Source: Monocercomonoides exilis PA203 (Eukaryota; Protista; Preaxostyla). From it: a stretch of 64,000 nucleotides of DNA. This document shows positions 1 through 12,499 of this stretch, one piece after another (position 1 is the stretch's first letter; the number at the start of each line of letters is the position of its first letter). Under the pieces are notes generated by a model that saw only the letters and a program-made list of their open reading frames with translations, ran no database searches and was not told the origin of the DNA. The stretch covers positions 992,001 through 1,056,000 of the forward strand of contig LSRY02000009.1 of assembly GCA_001643675.2 (NCBI GenBank), read 5' to 3'. Position numbers and translations under genes: made by a program.

Positions 1-2967
1 CAACAGCGCAATCAGCATCTTCGTTTCCTTATCCATCTTGCTCATCTTCTACAGCACTGTTGCATCCACTCCTCCTTCACAGCCAATACTAACACCACCA
101 CCACCATTTGTCCCAACTTCTTTCTTCTCTGATCTCTTACTGATCCCAGATCTCGTTCCCTAACTTCCACCACCTCATCCACTATCGTTGTTTGCTTTTC
201 TCACAACACTCACTCCGCTCCTCGCTTTTGCAACAACAGCCTTCCAAGAGGAATCCAGCTCATGCATCATAGCGCTGCCACCGCAATACTCGCTGCAAAC
301 TTCTCTTTGTGCTTTTTACACAGCCCAACAGCGGAATCAACGAAGCCTTAGACAGAATTATTCGTCCACACACACACATTAACAAAGAAGACGTAACAAG
401 GAAAACTTCAATTTCCTGCATCGACCCCTTGCTGTACCAACTCACCACCACGCCCTGCTGCGTCCATCGATTCTTCACTTCTCAATCCTCATATAAATCA
501 GTTCCGCCCACTTCTTCATCGTCACTAGCTGCTCCTTCACCTGCTTCACCTGCATCACCTCTGAGTTGTGCTTCTCGCTCAGCTCCGGAATCTTCCTCTG
601 ATCCATCCAGATGATATTGGCCTTCTCCTTCATCTGCTCTGTCAGCCCGCTCATCCGCTTCGCCTCCTTTTCCTTTTCCAACTTCTTCTTCTTCTTTTCT
701 TTCTTCCAGCAAATGCAACATAATCGCTGTAGTCGATAGAACCACATCCTCCATCATCAGCTCCTCTGCCCCACCGCCTCCAGCGCCTTCTCCGCAATCT
801 CTCCCACTTCATTCACTGCAACCATTCTCCTCCTCATTTTGTTGTCCAGCTTCATCACTCCTCATGCCTCGACTGCTTCGATCGGTTCACCAGCCATTCA
901 ATGGTCAATGGAGCCAGCGATGGATCAGGCGCATTGCAGATTAACAGGAACGCGTTCACATCAACTACTGTTAATATAGGCTTCTTCGACGACTTCTTTC
1001 TCGATAAGTTCTCAAGAAATGGGAGCAAAGCAACAAGAAGAATGAAAAGTATTATTCATTGAATTGACACAGCACGTTCTGCTCAGCAGAGCACAGCAAG
1101 TCAACATTGAAACCTCGCAGCGTGTGCAACATCCGCAGCGACAGGAGCAGTGACAGCTTCATAGCCATCCAGCTTTTGCAGCTCAGCTGCTTTCTTGGCA
1201 ACTATCCTCAGCCGCCTAACGATTTCATTCATCCATGCTACTTCAAGCGTTTATGAATCCTCCACCTTCCAGGCATCCGAAGGGTAAATTGGTAGTACAG
1301 ACGAAGATGCTAATAACTGTACATTCCCTGTCACATTCTTCTCTTCTCTTATTGGACTCCGGAATGGTAAAGAAGATCTGCGTGCTGCTCCACTCGAAGA
1401 AGACGAAGAAGACAAAGGTGCTGAGCGAAGAGACAACTGAATCGCTTCCACTCCCGCAATAAGCTTTTTGATACAACGCATCGCACAAAATTGCAGTACC
1501 TTTCGTGTCATAAAAACAAAGTCCATATTCAAATAAGAAACGTCAATTATCACCGAAATCTCATCTTTTTGATCTAATGGAAAAGAATGAACAGAATTTC
1601 TTTTGAAAAGACTTGAAATGAGAAAAAAAAGATGAGAAAAAAAAGAAAATGAAAAGTTGAAAGCTATTTAAGACACAATTCATGTTTTGATTCAAAACAT
1701 GAGATACCATTTCTTTTTTGAATTTTTTATAAAAGGACATTAAATACAAGAAATTATATGTTATTCTTCGTTTATTTCTTATAACCTTAATAACTACTCA
1801 ATGTTAACAACTTTTTGAATTTCTTTTTATTTCAATGAGGATAGTATTGATGAAATCTCACTGTTTAATAATTTCTTTACAAAATATTCAAATTTAAACA
1901 AGTTAAAATCTATTTATCTTTCAACATAGGAAAATACTGAAATAGAAGTCTCCATTCGCAAAATCAAAACGTAGACTTTAACAGTTGAAATGAAAACAAA
2001 GAAATATAAACATATTTTTCTGTGACTTCAAAAAACAAGAAAAAAAAATTTAAATCATAAAAGTGATTCAATAGTAAATTGGGTATTTGAAATCTATTTT
2101 ATTAAAACGCAATATTTGGGGATAGGGTGGCAAAACTCAATAGAATAACATTCAGTAATATATAATGGTAACGGAATGATCAAAATATTCTGATCTTTTA
2201 TGATCTGATTTTCAGATCAATTAATATTTTGTGATTAGAACTTTAACTAATTTATTCAATAAAATTTCATCTATAAGATCAATTTGAATTTTGTCCTCCT
2301 TTTTTGAATTGACAGAATCAATTCTGATATGTCTCAATCTTGTTTGTGATCAATAATTAAAAATTTATATAACAAATTTGATCAAATTTGTTAAATATTT
2401 AACTTGTATTTTGATGTTGAGCAATTTATTTTAATTAACATGGGGGAAAATACGGACTTTCAAGCTTTTTTTGCACAAAGCATGAAAAAATTGTTTCATT
2501 TATAACATAATTAAACTTAATCAAATTTCAAATAAATTCGATTTTCATAACTGGAAACAAACATCATTGATATAATAACATCATGTTTTGTGACATCAAA
2601 CATATTTCAAAAAAATAAACACATTTATTTCGAAAATTTTGATCACAAAAAATTCATATAAGTTGCATAATATTTCAATGAAAATGCCTGAAGTTAAATA
2701 TTTTGTCCCACATTTTTATCCGTTTTTCGCATGGCAGTTTGTTACATATTAATAGTGTGTATTTTGCTCTTCAATGTGAAAAAGACCGAAAATGTTGATG
2801 TTATTTATATTGTTTTATAGTGCGAGACAGTCAACTGTGAATGTTTTTGCTCTTTGAAACTTTAATATTCAACGACTTTTTTCAAATTCTCCCAATCTTA
2901 TATTTCTCATTCGCTTTAATCATGTTTTTGAAATTTATTAAGTGTTTCAATAAAATTTTCTTTACAG

Positions 2968-3015
2968 ATATAGATTGCGCACAAAATACCGGACATCGCA
3001 CAAAATACCGGACAA
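2968..3015 (+). repeat. left TIR of pogo-like element
   Basis: ATATAGATTGCGCACAAAATACCGGACATCGCACAAAATACCGGACAA, containing two copies of CGCACAAAATACCGGACA with 19-bp period. Confidence 0.92.
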
Positions 3016-3193
3016 AATATAAATTAATGGGTTGTTCTATTTTTTGGTTTTAATAGAACTGAAATATTTATTTGATAAAAAGATAAAATAAATAACATTG
3101 AGTTCAAAATTTGACTCTTTCTTATTTATCAAAAAATATATAATTTGTATATATTTATCCCATTAGATCAAAAAAACTTACAAAAAATTGTCA

Positions 3194-5125
3194 ATGGAGG
3201 AAGACACGTTTGAAAATGGAAGTTCATTGTTGCAAAAATCAAAGCTTTTGGAAAAACTGACTGAAAATATCGATTACGATACTGCAATAATTATATTCAA
3301 TGAATTGGAATCTCTTAATCCAGAAAATGTACCTATCATGTTGAAATATTTACAAGAGCTACTCACTCGTTATTATCCGAAATACTCATCATCGAGAGGA
3401 TTGCAGTTGTTTGTTAATTTCAAAAAATCAAGAATAGATGAATTAATAAAAATGGCAAACAAAGAGCTAAAAGAAAGAGGAAGGCCAAGTGCAATATCAA
3501 AAGAAAAGGAGGAGGAATTGGTAAAGCTTTGTATTGAAAAATATTACAAAGGATGTCCATTCACTATTTCCTCATTACAAACCTATATCAATTCAACTTA
3601 CAATTTAAGCATTTCCTACTCTTTCGTTCGTAAGTTTCTGTTGAATTACAATGACAAAATAAAAAAAAGGCTTGCAAAGCCAATGGAAATAAAAAGAAAA
3701 GAAGTGAAGCAATCGTTTGGTCGAGAGTATGTTAATAAATTAGAAAAAATTTTAGAAAATGTGGAACCACAATTTGTTTTTTGCGTTGATGAAACTGGCA
3801 TTCAAGAATACGTAGACGCAAAAAAAATGAAAGTCATTTGCCCAAAAGAAGTGGATGATAAGAATGTTTCATATACAGTTGTTAGAGATGGAAAACTTGT
3901 TTCTTTGATTGGGTGTATTCCTCTTATTGGTCCTTCAGTTGTTCCCATGCTAATAATTAAAACTGCTACTGTTCAATCTATTATATTTGGAGATTTGCTT
4001 GATGGAGTGGATGTAGTCATCAAAAACTCATCCAAGGGTTATTGTACTTCACAGATCTTTTTGGAGTGGCTTAATATTTGTTTTATTCCACATATTAATA
4101 GGATGAAGGATGAAGCAAACAAAAAAACGGTTCTTATTGCAGACGGCTTTAAAGCACATTCAAGCGACGAAGCTCTTCGTGTAATGGAATTAAACAAGAT
4201 ATGTATTATTTTTATTCCGCCACATTCTTCACATTTGTTCTCTCCTTTGGATTTGGTAACATTCTCTAATCTGAAAAATAACTTAAAAAAGTTACGATCA
4301 TTATTCCCATCAAGGCAGCAGGCACATGTCCTTGCCGGTATTGTTAAAAGCTATCAATTATGTACAATTCCATTCACAAACAGATCTGCATTTCGCAGAG
4401 CAGGCATCATATTGAAAAATGAAGATGGAAAGCAAAAAGTTATAGTGGATCAGTTTCGAATGGCTCAACATATAGAAATAATGTCAAAGGATGAAAATCC
4501 ATCTCAGTCAATTAATGATCAAAAAGATGAAAAAGAAGAGATCAAGAAACAGGATAAAGAAAAGGAAGATAATAAGGAAGATGAAAAAGGAGATGAAAAA
4601 GAAGAAAAGAAAGAAGAAGAAAAGGAAGAAGAAAAGGAAGAAGAAAAGGAAGAAGAAAAGGATGAAGAAATGAAATATTGGAAGGAATGGATAAATGATC
4701 ATCCATCGTATGTTGTCGAAATGTTGATGAAAAAGAGAGACAAGATAAAAAAACGCGAGGAAGATTTAGCGAAAACTAAAAAAAGAAAACATTCATCAAA
4801 AAAAGAAAAAGATAAAGATACATCACAGGAAGACGATGAAGATGAATGTTATTTTCGTGTGAAGAGAAAAAAGGTAGGTGATCCCACTGATAGAAAAACA
4901 AAACGATTGAAAGCCAAACGTTGCAAGAAGTCAGGAAGTGATTCTGAGAGTGCAAAAGAAATAAATCAATTTCGACGAACAAGATCTGTCAAAACTCAAA
5001 AAAGAATTGACATGTATTTATATGAAGATTCATTCACAGAGGCAAGCACATTTCATGATAGCACAACCACAGAGAATAGCGAAGATTCTTCGATAGAGTA
5101 TTCATCTTCTTCTTTTGAAAAATAA
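3194..5125 (+). CDS. pogo-family DDE_1 transposase (DD35D) with acidic/basic low-complexity tail
   Basis: Uninterrupted ORF from the first ATG at 3194. RGRP followed by a CENP-B-like HTH region. Catalytic motifs FCVDETG, LIADGFKAH and PPHSSHLFSPLDL, with 35 residues between the 2nd and 3rd Asp. Confidence 0.92.
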   Translation: MEEDTFENGSSLLQKSKLLEKLTENIDYDTAIIIFNELESLNPENVPIMLKYLQELLTRYYPKYSSSRGLQLFVNFKKSRIDELIKMANKELKERGRPSAISKEKEEELVKLCIEKYYKGCPFTISSLQTYINSTYNLSISYSFVRKFLLNYNDKIKKRLAKPMEIKRKEVKQSFGREYVNKLEKILENVEPQFVFCVDETGIQEYVDAKKMKVICPKEVDDKNVSYTVVRDGKLVSLIGCIPLIGPSVVPMLIIKTATVQSIIFGDLLDGVDVVIKNSSKGYCTSQIFLEWLNICFIPHINRMKDEANKKTVLIADGFKAHSSDEALRVMELNKICIIFIPPHSSHLFSPLDLVTFSNLKNNLKKLRSLFPSRQQAHVLAGIVKSYQLCTIPFTNRSAFRRAGIILKNEDGKQKVIVDQFRMAQHIEIMSKDENPSQSINDQKDEKEEIKKQDKEKEDNKEDEKGDEKEEKKEEEKEEEKEEEKEEEKDEEMKYWKEWINDHPSYVVEMLMKKRDKIKKREEDLAKTKKRKHSSKKEKDKDTSQEDDEDECYFRVKRKKVGDPTDRKTKRLKAKRCKKSGSDSESAKEINQFRRTRSVKTQKRIDMYLYEDSFTEASTFHDSTTTENSEDSSIEYSSSSFEK

Positions 5126-5569
5126 ACTTTCCAATTGGATATTATCTTCACAATGATGAAAGTGTTAAATGTTAAATTGATCAAATTAATATCTCAATCA
5201 TTTTTTCACAATTTTTAACACGCTCATTTCATTATTACGAGTTTGACGAATAAGATATCTGATAATAAATATTTTCACTCTTTATCTGATAAGACAATGT
5301 TTAAAATATGTTCTTTCTTTCTTTTTTTTTTTTTTCTGATATGATCATTCGAACAATCATTTGTTTCTTTAATCATTATTCGTCAACATTTTTTGATCAA
5401 TACTCCTTTTTAAAACAGTCGATATCATATACTTTAAAGTTAATACCACTTTTGCACCTCCACACAATCTGTTTATCATTAATCCTATCGCATATATCGG
5501 AAGTGAAACAATTAGAATAACTCCTCGAAGACTGGTTTTATTTGTTGCAAACAGTCTTCACTTCCATGA

Positions 5570-6067
5570 GGCGAATGTGAAAATTCAAATGGTGGAACTA
5601 GCCATGGAGGAGCGCTTTATGCTTCTTGTACAAATGCTCATCTATCTATTAATTTCTGTTCATTCAACAATTGTTCGATCACAGGCGATTATGCTGGTGG
5701 AGCGTTATACAGTTACTGTTTGCAAAATGAGAATATTTCAAAATCCAATTTCACAAACTGTTCTGCTCCTCATGGAGGAGCAATTTGTATTGATGGAAGA
5801 CAATCATCTGCTGTTTATTCATTTTCTGAAAACAGAGTGGAAAGTTGTTCAATAACAAACTGGTGTGGAACTGGTTGGTATTTTGCGCTTCAAACTATTT
5901 CAACAAATGGTCAATTCCTGTTTTCCAAATGCAGGTGCATCGAAAATACTGGTGGAAATTCTGCTGATGTTATTTCATTCAATTTGCCTCCTCAAGAAAA
6001 GCCAAATCTCATTTTGATTGATGATTGCCTGTTCATCGATAACATAATGACAAGTTCAACAGCTTAA
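5570..6067 (+). pseudogene. fragment of beta-helix/Pmp-like (GGA[IL], FxNC repeat) surface-protein gene, inside the transposon
   Basis: Open frame reading HGGALY..FCSFNNCS..AGGALY..SNFTNCSAPHGGAIC, bounded by stops, with no clear start. Confidence 0.6.
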
Positions 6068-7057
6068 TAAAGAGGCAAATATATTTGCTGTTAATATTAT
6101 TTCATTTGGGCGAGGGGTACGTAATTCATTTCATATTCTTCATTAAATGAAATCTTATTTCAAACGAAACATCGAATTGGAGATATGAAATGGAATTTGC
6201 AAACAAGGAAAATAATTGAAAAACATGGCTTCTGAAAAGGTTAAACAATATGGAAGAACATTTATGTTAATATTTTATTAACAAAGTGAAAAAATGAAGA
6301 AAAGCAAACAAATATGAAGAAACGATCAGCATTATAGAAAATACACTCTCTCAAACAATTGCTGATGATGAAACATAAGCAGAGTCAACGATTAATGATT
6401 TTATTTCGCAATAAACATCCATCTCTATCAGTATTAACATGTCATTCTGTCGTAGCAGTTATCAGAAACTTGCAGATGATTAAATAAATGAAACAGAGAA
6501 TCTTTCTGTGTATTAATTTATTCATTTGTATTAATTGAACAAGGTGATATCTACTAATTACTTCATTTGAGAATATATTTTTTGTAACTATTTTACAAAT
6601 GAGGACTTTTTGTATCTGTATTGAAATTGTTGATGAATTTTATCTTCCACACCACACATTCAAAACAAGCAAAGCCACTTTTTGAGCTTTAAGATTTTTC
6701 CTTTTCTTTTTCTAATATTATTTTCCATATTTGCAATATCAATATTAATGCTTTTATCTTCAAAAGTGCAATTTCTTTTCAAATAATCTTCGTCCTCTCA
6801 TTATTTTCAAATAATGATCATTGATTCAATTCTATTAACCAATTGTCTTTGAAAAGAAAAAAAGGAGAAAAAAACCTCATTTTTTGAAAACAATTGACGG
6901 ACTTACAATTTTGTTACAATTTTAACGTTTGAATTGTCGTATTTTAAAATTGAACGTCACACATGAAATAATTCGCTATTTCTTTTGTCTGAGATGTTAG
7001 AAAATATCTGGTAAACAAGAAAAAATAAAAGAATGTACGGTTTTTTTTTTTCAAAAC

Positions 7058-7058
<1 letters not shown>

Positions 7059-7112
<54 letters not shown>
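7059..7112 (+). repeat. poly(A) tract, 54 nt
   Basis: Uninterrupted A run directly visible. Confidence 0.95.
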
Positions 7113-7114
<2 letters not shown>

Positions 7115-7185
7115 AAAATAGAAAAAATTTCAATCAAGAACTATAAAGCATCAGGAGCTTCAGCCGCATCTTTTATCTCACTTTT

Positions 7186-7731
7186 GTGAAGTTCTCAGCC
7201 GACAATGCAAGCGTCGGAAGAGATATGTATTTAGTGTGTGAATCATTTGTCGGTTTTGTGAAGGAACCCTTGTTCGCCTTCATGGGAAACATCACTCAGA
7301 AAGACAACTCGGTTGTTGGACATGATAGAACAGAAGCATTCGGTGATTGGGATTTCGATTTATTCATATTTCTCGATGGAAACTTTGCTGACTCAGTGTT
7401 TGTGGATGGAATATCTGGAGTGGATAATGAATATTGTGGATTAGAAAAGGCACCTTGTAAGAATGTGAACAACGGAATGGGTCATTTGAAGAAAACGCTG
7501 AATGTTAAAGATGAAATAATTCTGTGTGAAAAATCGAATATTTCTGGATGCGTGGACGTTGGCGGAATGTGTATAAAGGCAAAAACTGAGACAATTGTGC
7601 AGATTGAATGCCAAAGGGAAGTGAGTGGCACTGAAGAAGAATGTGTTATGAAATCAACATCGATTACAGAAAAGAAGTTCATAGGGATTGTTATTCCATC
7701 GAGTTTTAACATAACAATCGCATCGGTTTAA
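7186..7731 (+). pseudogene. fragment of an expanded Cys-rich surface-protein family, inside the transposon
   Basis: Closely paralogous to 29372-29700(-): shares KEPLFAFMGNITQKDNSVVGHDRTEAFGDW and YCGxEKAPCxNVNNGMGHLKK. Confidence 0.7.
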
Positions 7732-9055
7732 GAATCAATCATGAAAAATCACAAGCCGTTCATGATGAAGTGTGAGATATATGTTGATGGTGGAATGAAA
7801 AGCACAAATGCTTTTTTTTTCTTTTGATCAAATCGATAGTAATATTGGTTGAACTGGAGTTTGGAACAATTTTTGATAAGAAATCAACTGTCTGATGTTT
7901 TCATATTATCTTTTATCTAGAAGTGTGAATGAAGGATGAAATGAAGTGTAATGAAGAATCAAGCGATATGTCAACAAAAAAAATGATTGTGGATTGATTG
8001 GTTGGATGATGATGATTTCATAAGTTTTGCGAAGACTATCCGTTTATGATGGCTAAAAACATCAAAAATCTTTTCTTCACAACATAAAAACACAAACGAT
8101 CAATTCTTTCACAAGTTAATTTGTCAATCTATCAGAAAAAGACTTTTTTAACAAGCATTTTTAAAAATATTTATTATACATTTTGTATCTCAAATAATGG
8201 TATTGATCAAAATATATCACGAAGATCATTTCTTTCTTTCATTTCTTAACAGACGCAACAATGATCAAGAAAAATCAAACGATCAAATAAAAGGTTTGTT
8301 ATATTGATTTCTTTGCTTTAAATCCATTTCTTATTAACAATATTGTTGCTATTATCTTTTCACAGTCATTTTCTTGAGGGGATTGCTTCTGTTTATTGTA
8401 AGACTTGGTATTGAATCATTTTTTTTTGTTAACTTCATTCACACAAAAATGTTTCCTAATTATTTCACTTGTTTTTTTCTTTTATAATAGCTGTTTTTAA
8501 CCGCCGATCTTAATCGATTTTCATGAGATCACAACGTTTTTTGATTTTAACAAACAGTTGTTTTGCTCGATTTCTTGATTTCGTTGTTTTTTTTAGAAAT
8601 CCTTTTTATTTTTTATAATATTCACATTCATAACTTGTTAATGAATTTTTTGTGTTATTTTGTGATTATTGTTGATTTAATGAAAAAGAAAAATATCGAA
8701 ATTCATTTATATTTGAGGAAATTTGTGTTATATTTTTATTTGCGTGTGAATGTGTAATTATATTAATCACTTCATTCTTTTAATAGGAAATAAATATATC
8801 TGTTCATATGTTCATATGTTTGTTTGTTTGTGAATCAGTGAATTTTTTACCATTGAACGTTTTATTCAAATAACAATTAAAACAAAAATGTGATTGAATA
8901 GAAATAACTACAAATCATCAATAATTTAATGGGTTATTATTAAGAAAGTTATTGAAATAATCGGAAAAAACTTCCAAAATTTAATTGCATAATAAGAAAA
9001 GATGTTGTTTATTTGACGTTATAACAAAATTTCAATTCTCCCTTTATAGTTAATG

Positions 9056-9103
9056 TTGTCCGGTATTTTGTGCGATGTCCGGTATTTTGTGCGCAATCTA
9101 TAT
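9056..9103 (-). repeat. right TIR of pogo-like element
   Basis: Exact reverse complement of 2968-3015. Confidence 0.92.
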
Positions 9104-9563
9104 TTAAAATTAAGTTTTAATTGTTACGATTTATTACCTTTAGCATATCAAATTAATCATCAATAAAGAATGAAAAAAAATATCCTTTTATCTTTGTGTT
9201 TTTATTGTTTGAACAGCAGCAAATGTTGAATATCGGATTTTGAAAACATCGAATTAATGAAACTTTGCTTTTTGAAAAAGAAATCACAAATTTTTTGATT
9301 CTAGTGCCTTTTAAATGCTTTGTTTTATGAAGATCTTTTGATAACTTCGAACAGAAAAACAATCAAAAAATATGATCATTTTCCCAAAAGTGAATCAATC
9401 TGCTTTGACTTAATCAATTCAAATAAAAACAATTCATTTCATATTTTTGTCTCTCTTTTTGGCTTCGTTTAGGAAAATACCATGTAATTCATACAAACTG
9501 AATAAGGTCTATTTTTCAAAAAAAAAATACCCATATTTATATTTTTTATTTAAAAATTTAATA

Positions 9564-9726
9564 CAGTGAAGCTCGGTTATTATTACATCTATTGTAATCA
9601 AGACCGCGAATAATCACATTATTTCGCGCATCAAAAAATTTAGCATTTTTCCATGTGTAATTTCATCGGTTATAATCACACTAAAATCGTGAAAAAATGA
9701 ATTGTGATTACAACCGAGCTTCGCTG
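9564..9726. mobile_element. Tigger/pogo-type MITE, 163 bp
   Basis: TIRs CAGTGAAGCTCGGTTATTATTACA and (reverse complement) CAGCGAAGCTCGGTTGTAATCACA match at 20/24. TA on the left, TG on the right. Internal copy CGGTTATAATCACA. Confidence 0.75.
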
Positions 9727-10601
9727 TGTTTCGTTTTTATCATTTCACTGTTTGAAAACAAACATTTGAAAAACGAATTTCTCTTTCTCTTTCTTTTGTT
9801 TATTGTTTTTTTTTCAAATAATATTGTTCACAGCTTTTTCTACATTTTATTTTTGATAAAACTATTTCTCCAGTTCACAAGGAAACAAGGAAATACATTT
9901 TTTTCTTTTTTTTTTTTCTTTTCTTTTGTTCATGCAATTTGTGATGATTTTCTGAATATCATTTCTTTTCATCATTCATGACACAATGATCCATTGACAA
10001 CAAAGCTCAAAATGCAACAATCCACAAAATATGTCAAACCTTAAGGTATCATCTGTTCTTGTTTTCAGTTTCATTCTTATCCCCAAAAAAACAACTAAAA
10101 CATCTTCCGTTCACTCATTCAATCTGCCAGATTTCTTTTCCTCTTAGCCAAAGGATTTGCTATTTATTTCTTTGGACAAAACAATGTGATTCTAAAAGTT
10201 AATGATTTTTTGAAATAAATATCATTCTTCAAATAATCTGTTGGTTTGATCAAAAAGATTCAAAAAATTTCCACTTCTAGCCTCATTCAAATAATTTTTG
10301 TGGCTTCTTTGCATTTTCTTTTGTACTTTTTTTTTTTTTATTAAGTAAAAACAAAACAATTTGTATCGAAATCGTTTTTATTTTGCAAAATAATCAATAT
10401 TGTTTGTTTTTATTTTTTATTTTGTTATTTGCCAAACTTTGCACCTCTTTTTGAATATTTTTTGGAACAAGCAGAATGAATTTGCCAAGTGATGATAAAT
10501 GTGAAAAAGAAGTTCAGGCAATGACCAGAATAGAGCAGTTTTCAAGTTTGTTCTTTTATTTGGATTAAGCAATTCTGAACAAAAATTTTGCATTTTTTCA
10601 G

Positions 10602-11988
10602 TTCCATTTACAGAATTGTTTTGTGAATTGGAAGGTTGCATAGAAGATGAACAAATGCCGAAAATCAAGGAAATGAAAAGAATGGTGGAAGAAATGAAAA
10701 TGAAAGAATTCAAATCAGTTTTCACAAAAGAACTGTTCGATACAATAGGCAAAATGATTGAAGAAAAGACGTTGCCATTGGAAAGTGCACTTGTGTTATT
10801 GAAGTTCATGGGATGTCGCAAAGCGCTGAAAGACATTTCAGATTTGGCATTTAATGAAACATTCTTTTGCAAAAGAATGAAAGAGATGATAATTGATGAA
10901 AATGAGAAGAAAAGCAAAGAAAAGAACGAAAGGCGTCTGATTGACATCTGTGAATGCTATCTTTTGCTGAATGATGATGACATTTCAGATGAATTGATAT
11001 CAATCTGTGTGCCTCGCCTCCTGAAAGCTGCATTGAACAAGGAGGGAAACGAGGAGACTCAAAAAGAAGTGGAAATAGCGTAGTTGGCTTTGAACAATAT
11101 TGGGTATCACGTATGACCACTTCTTTTTCATTTTTGATGTTATTTATTTATTTATTCATTGATTTTTTTTTTTTTTTGTTTTTTATTTTTTCTTATTATT
11201 TATTTATTTTTAATTCTGATAAGGAAATCAAAAAAGAGCTGTATTTGAATAAGATTACAGAAATCATCAAATATCATCAAGAACATCGCCATCTGACTCA
11301 TCTTGCATATCAATATGTTTGGGAGTTTTTGATTGATCGACATTGGAATGATGAAAGTATTGAAAAAGTGTTTGTGAATGAGCTGCATTTTGTGAAAGAA
11401 GCAAGAAGAGAATTAGAAGAACTCTCAAAGTGTATCGACTGGAAAAGAAAAGAAGAGAGAAAAGGAGAAAGGGAAATGAAGGGAGTTTTTGCTATCGAGA
11501 GATGGATAAATACTATTGATAATTGCTTATACTTGTGCACGTTGCAGAACGTAGAACGTGCCGGACTCATCAGCAGCATTGTTCAGGTGTTTAGAGCATC
11601 AAGAGATAATTACCCAGATACAAGGCGTCGATGCATTGATTCATTCAAATTTGAAGCAGCAATTGGAAAAGTAAAAATTTATGACTTGTTGAAAAGCGGA
11701 GCTATTGGTGCTATTTTTGAGGAGATTCAGATGCCAACAATTAATGATGATCTGATAATAGCTTGCTTGGATTTCTTTTCGAATATTTCGAAAAGACTGA
11801 AAGAAAAGAAAAGACATAAAATGGTAGAAGCTAAAAGAAAGGCAACGAAAATGAAGGTGTTTGATTGGATGGAAGAGGAAGGATTTGAAGATAACATCAC
11901 AATCCTTTATGGAGAAATTTCTTTTATAAACGACAGAGATGATTATGAATTTTCTTTGAATATTTCAGATTATTTTTTGAATATTTGA
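10602..11988 (+). pseudogene. helical-repeat multigene family member, copy 1 (in-frame TAG at 11081)
   Basis: Homologous to 48750-50067, 57163-58444 and 58876-59886. Phase-0 GT-AG intron 11111-11223 joins the ORFs. The 5' end is uncertain. Confidence 0.75.
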
Positions 11989-12499
11989 GAAAATGAAACT
12001 CTCTTTGTTAACAAATTTTAATTTATTTTTATGAATTTAATTATTTATTTTTGATTTTATTGATTAATGGTCCAACAAAACTTGAACCGTTTTTTGTTAA
12101 AAAAACAAAAATATTTTTTTCTGTGTTATCTGGTTTTGGCTGTTTAGTTAATGTTTGAAGAAATGAGATTCTTCACGTTTTGATTTTCACTGTGCTTGTT
12201 TTTTCTTTTTTGATTATTCCTTTTATCCGCAAACGGATATTTGCAGCCTTTTCAGTTGATTATATTTGTTGAATTGCTTGATAAATAATCAGCTGATGAT
12301 GTAAATGTTTGAGAAAAAGAGAGTCATATTTATTTTTTAACTCAAAAATTGAAGTTTTTGTTTTTGTTTTTGTTTTTGTATTTGTATTTGTATTTGCATT
12401 TGCATTTGTATTTGTAACTCCAAAATTACCCACAATAAAAATATTGCAAATTTTAATTTATTGAAAACAATATTTATCAAAATTTCATCCAATATTAAA

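Larger units (their letters stand above)
2968..9103 (+). mobile_element. pogo-like (Tc1/mariner superfamily) DNA transposon, ~6.1 kb, probably autonomous
   Basis: Perfect 48-bp inverted repeats at 2968-3015 and 9056-9103. TA dinucleotides at the outer edges make the exact ends ambiguous by 2 bp. Encloses an intact DD35D transposase. Confidence 0.88.

Noticed and set aside
2440-2712. Possible degenerate MITE (TGGGGGAAAATACGGACTTTCAAGC vs GCCTGAAGTTAAATATTTTGTCCCACA)
   Set aside because: The inverted match is weak and gapped, and there is no clear TSD.
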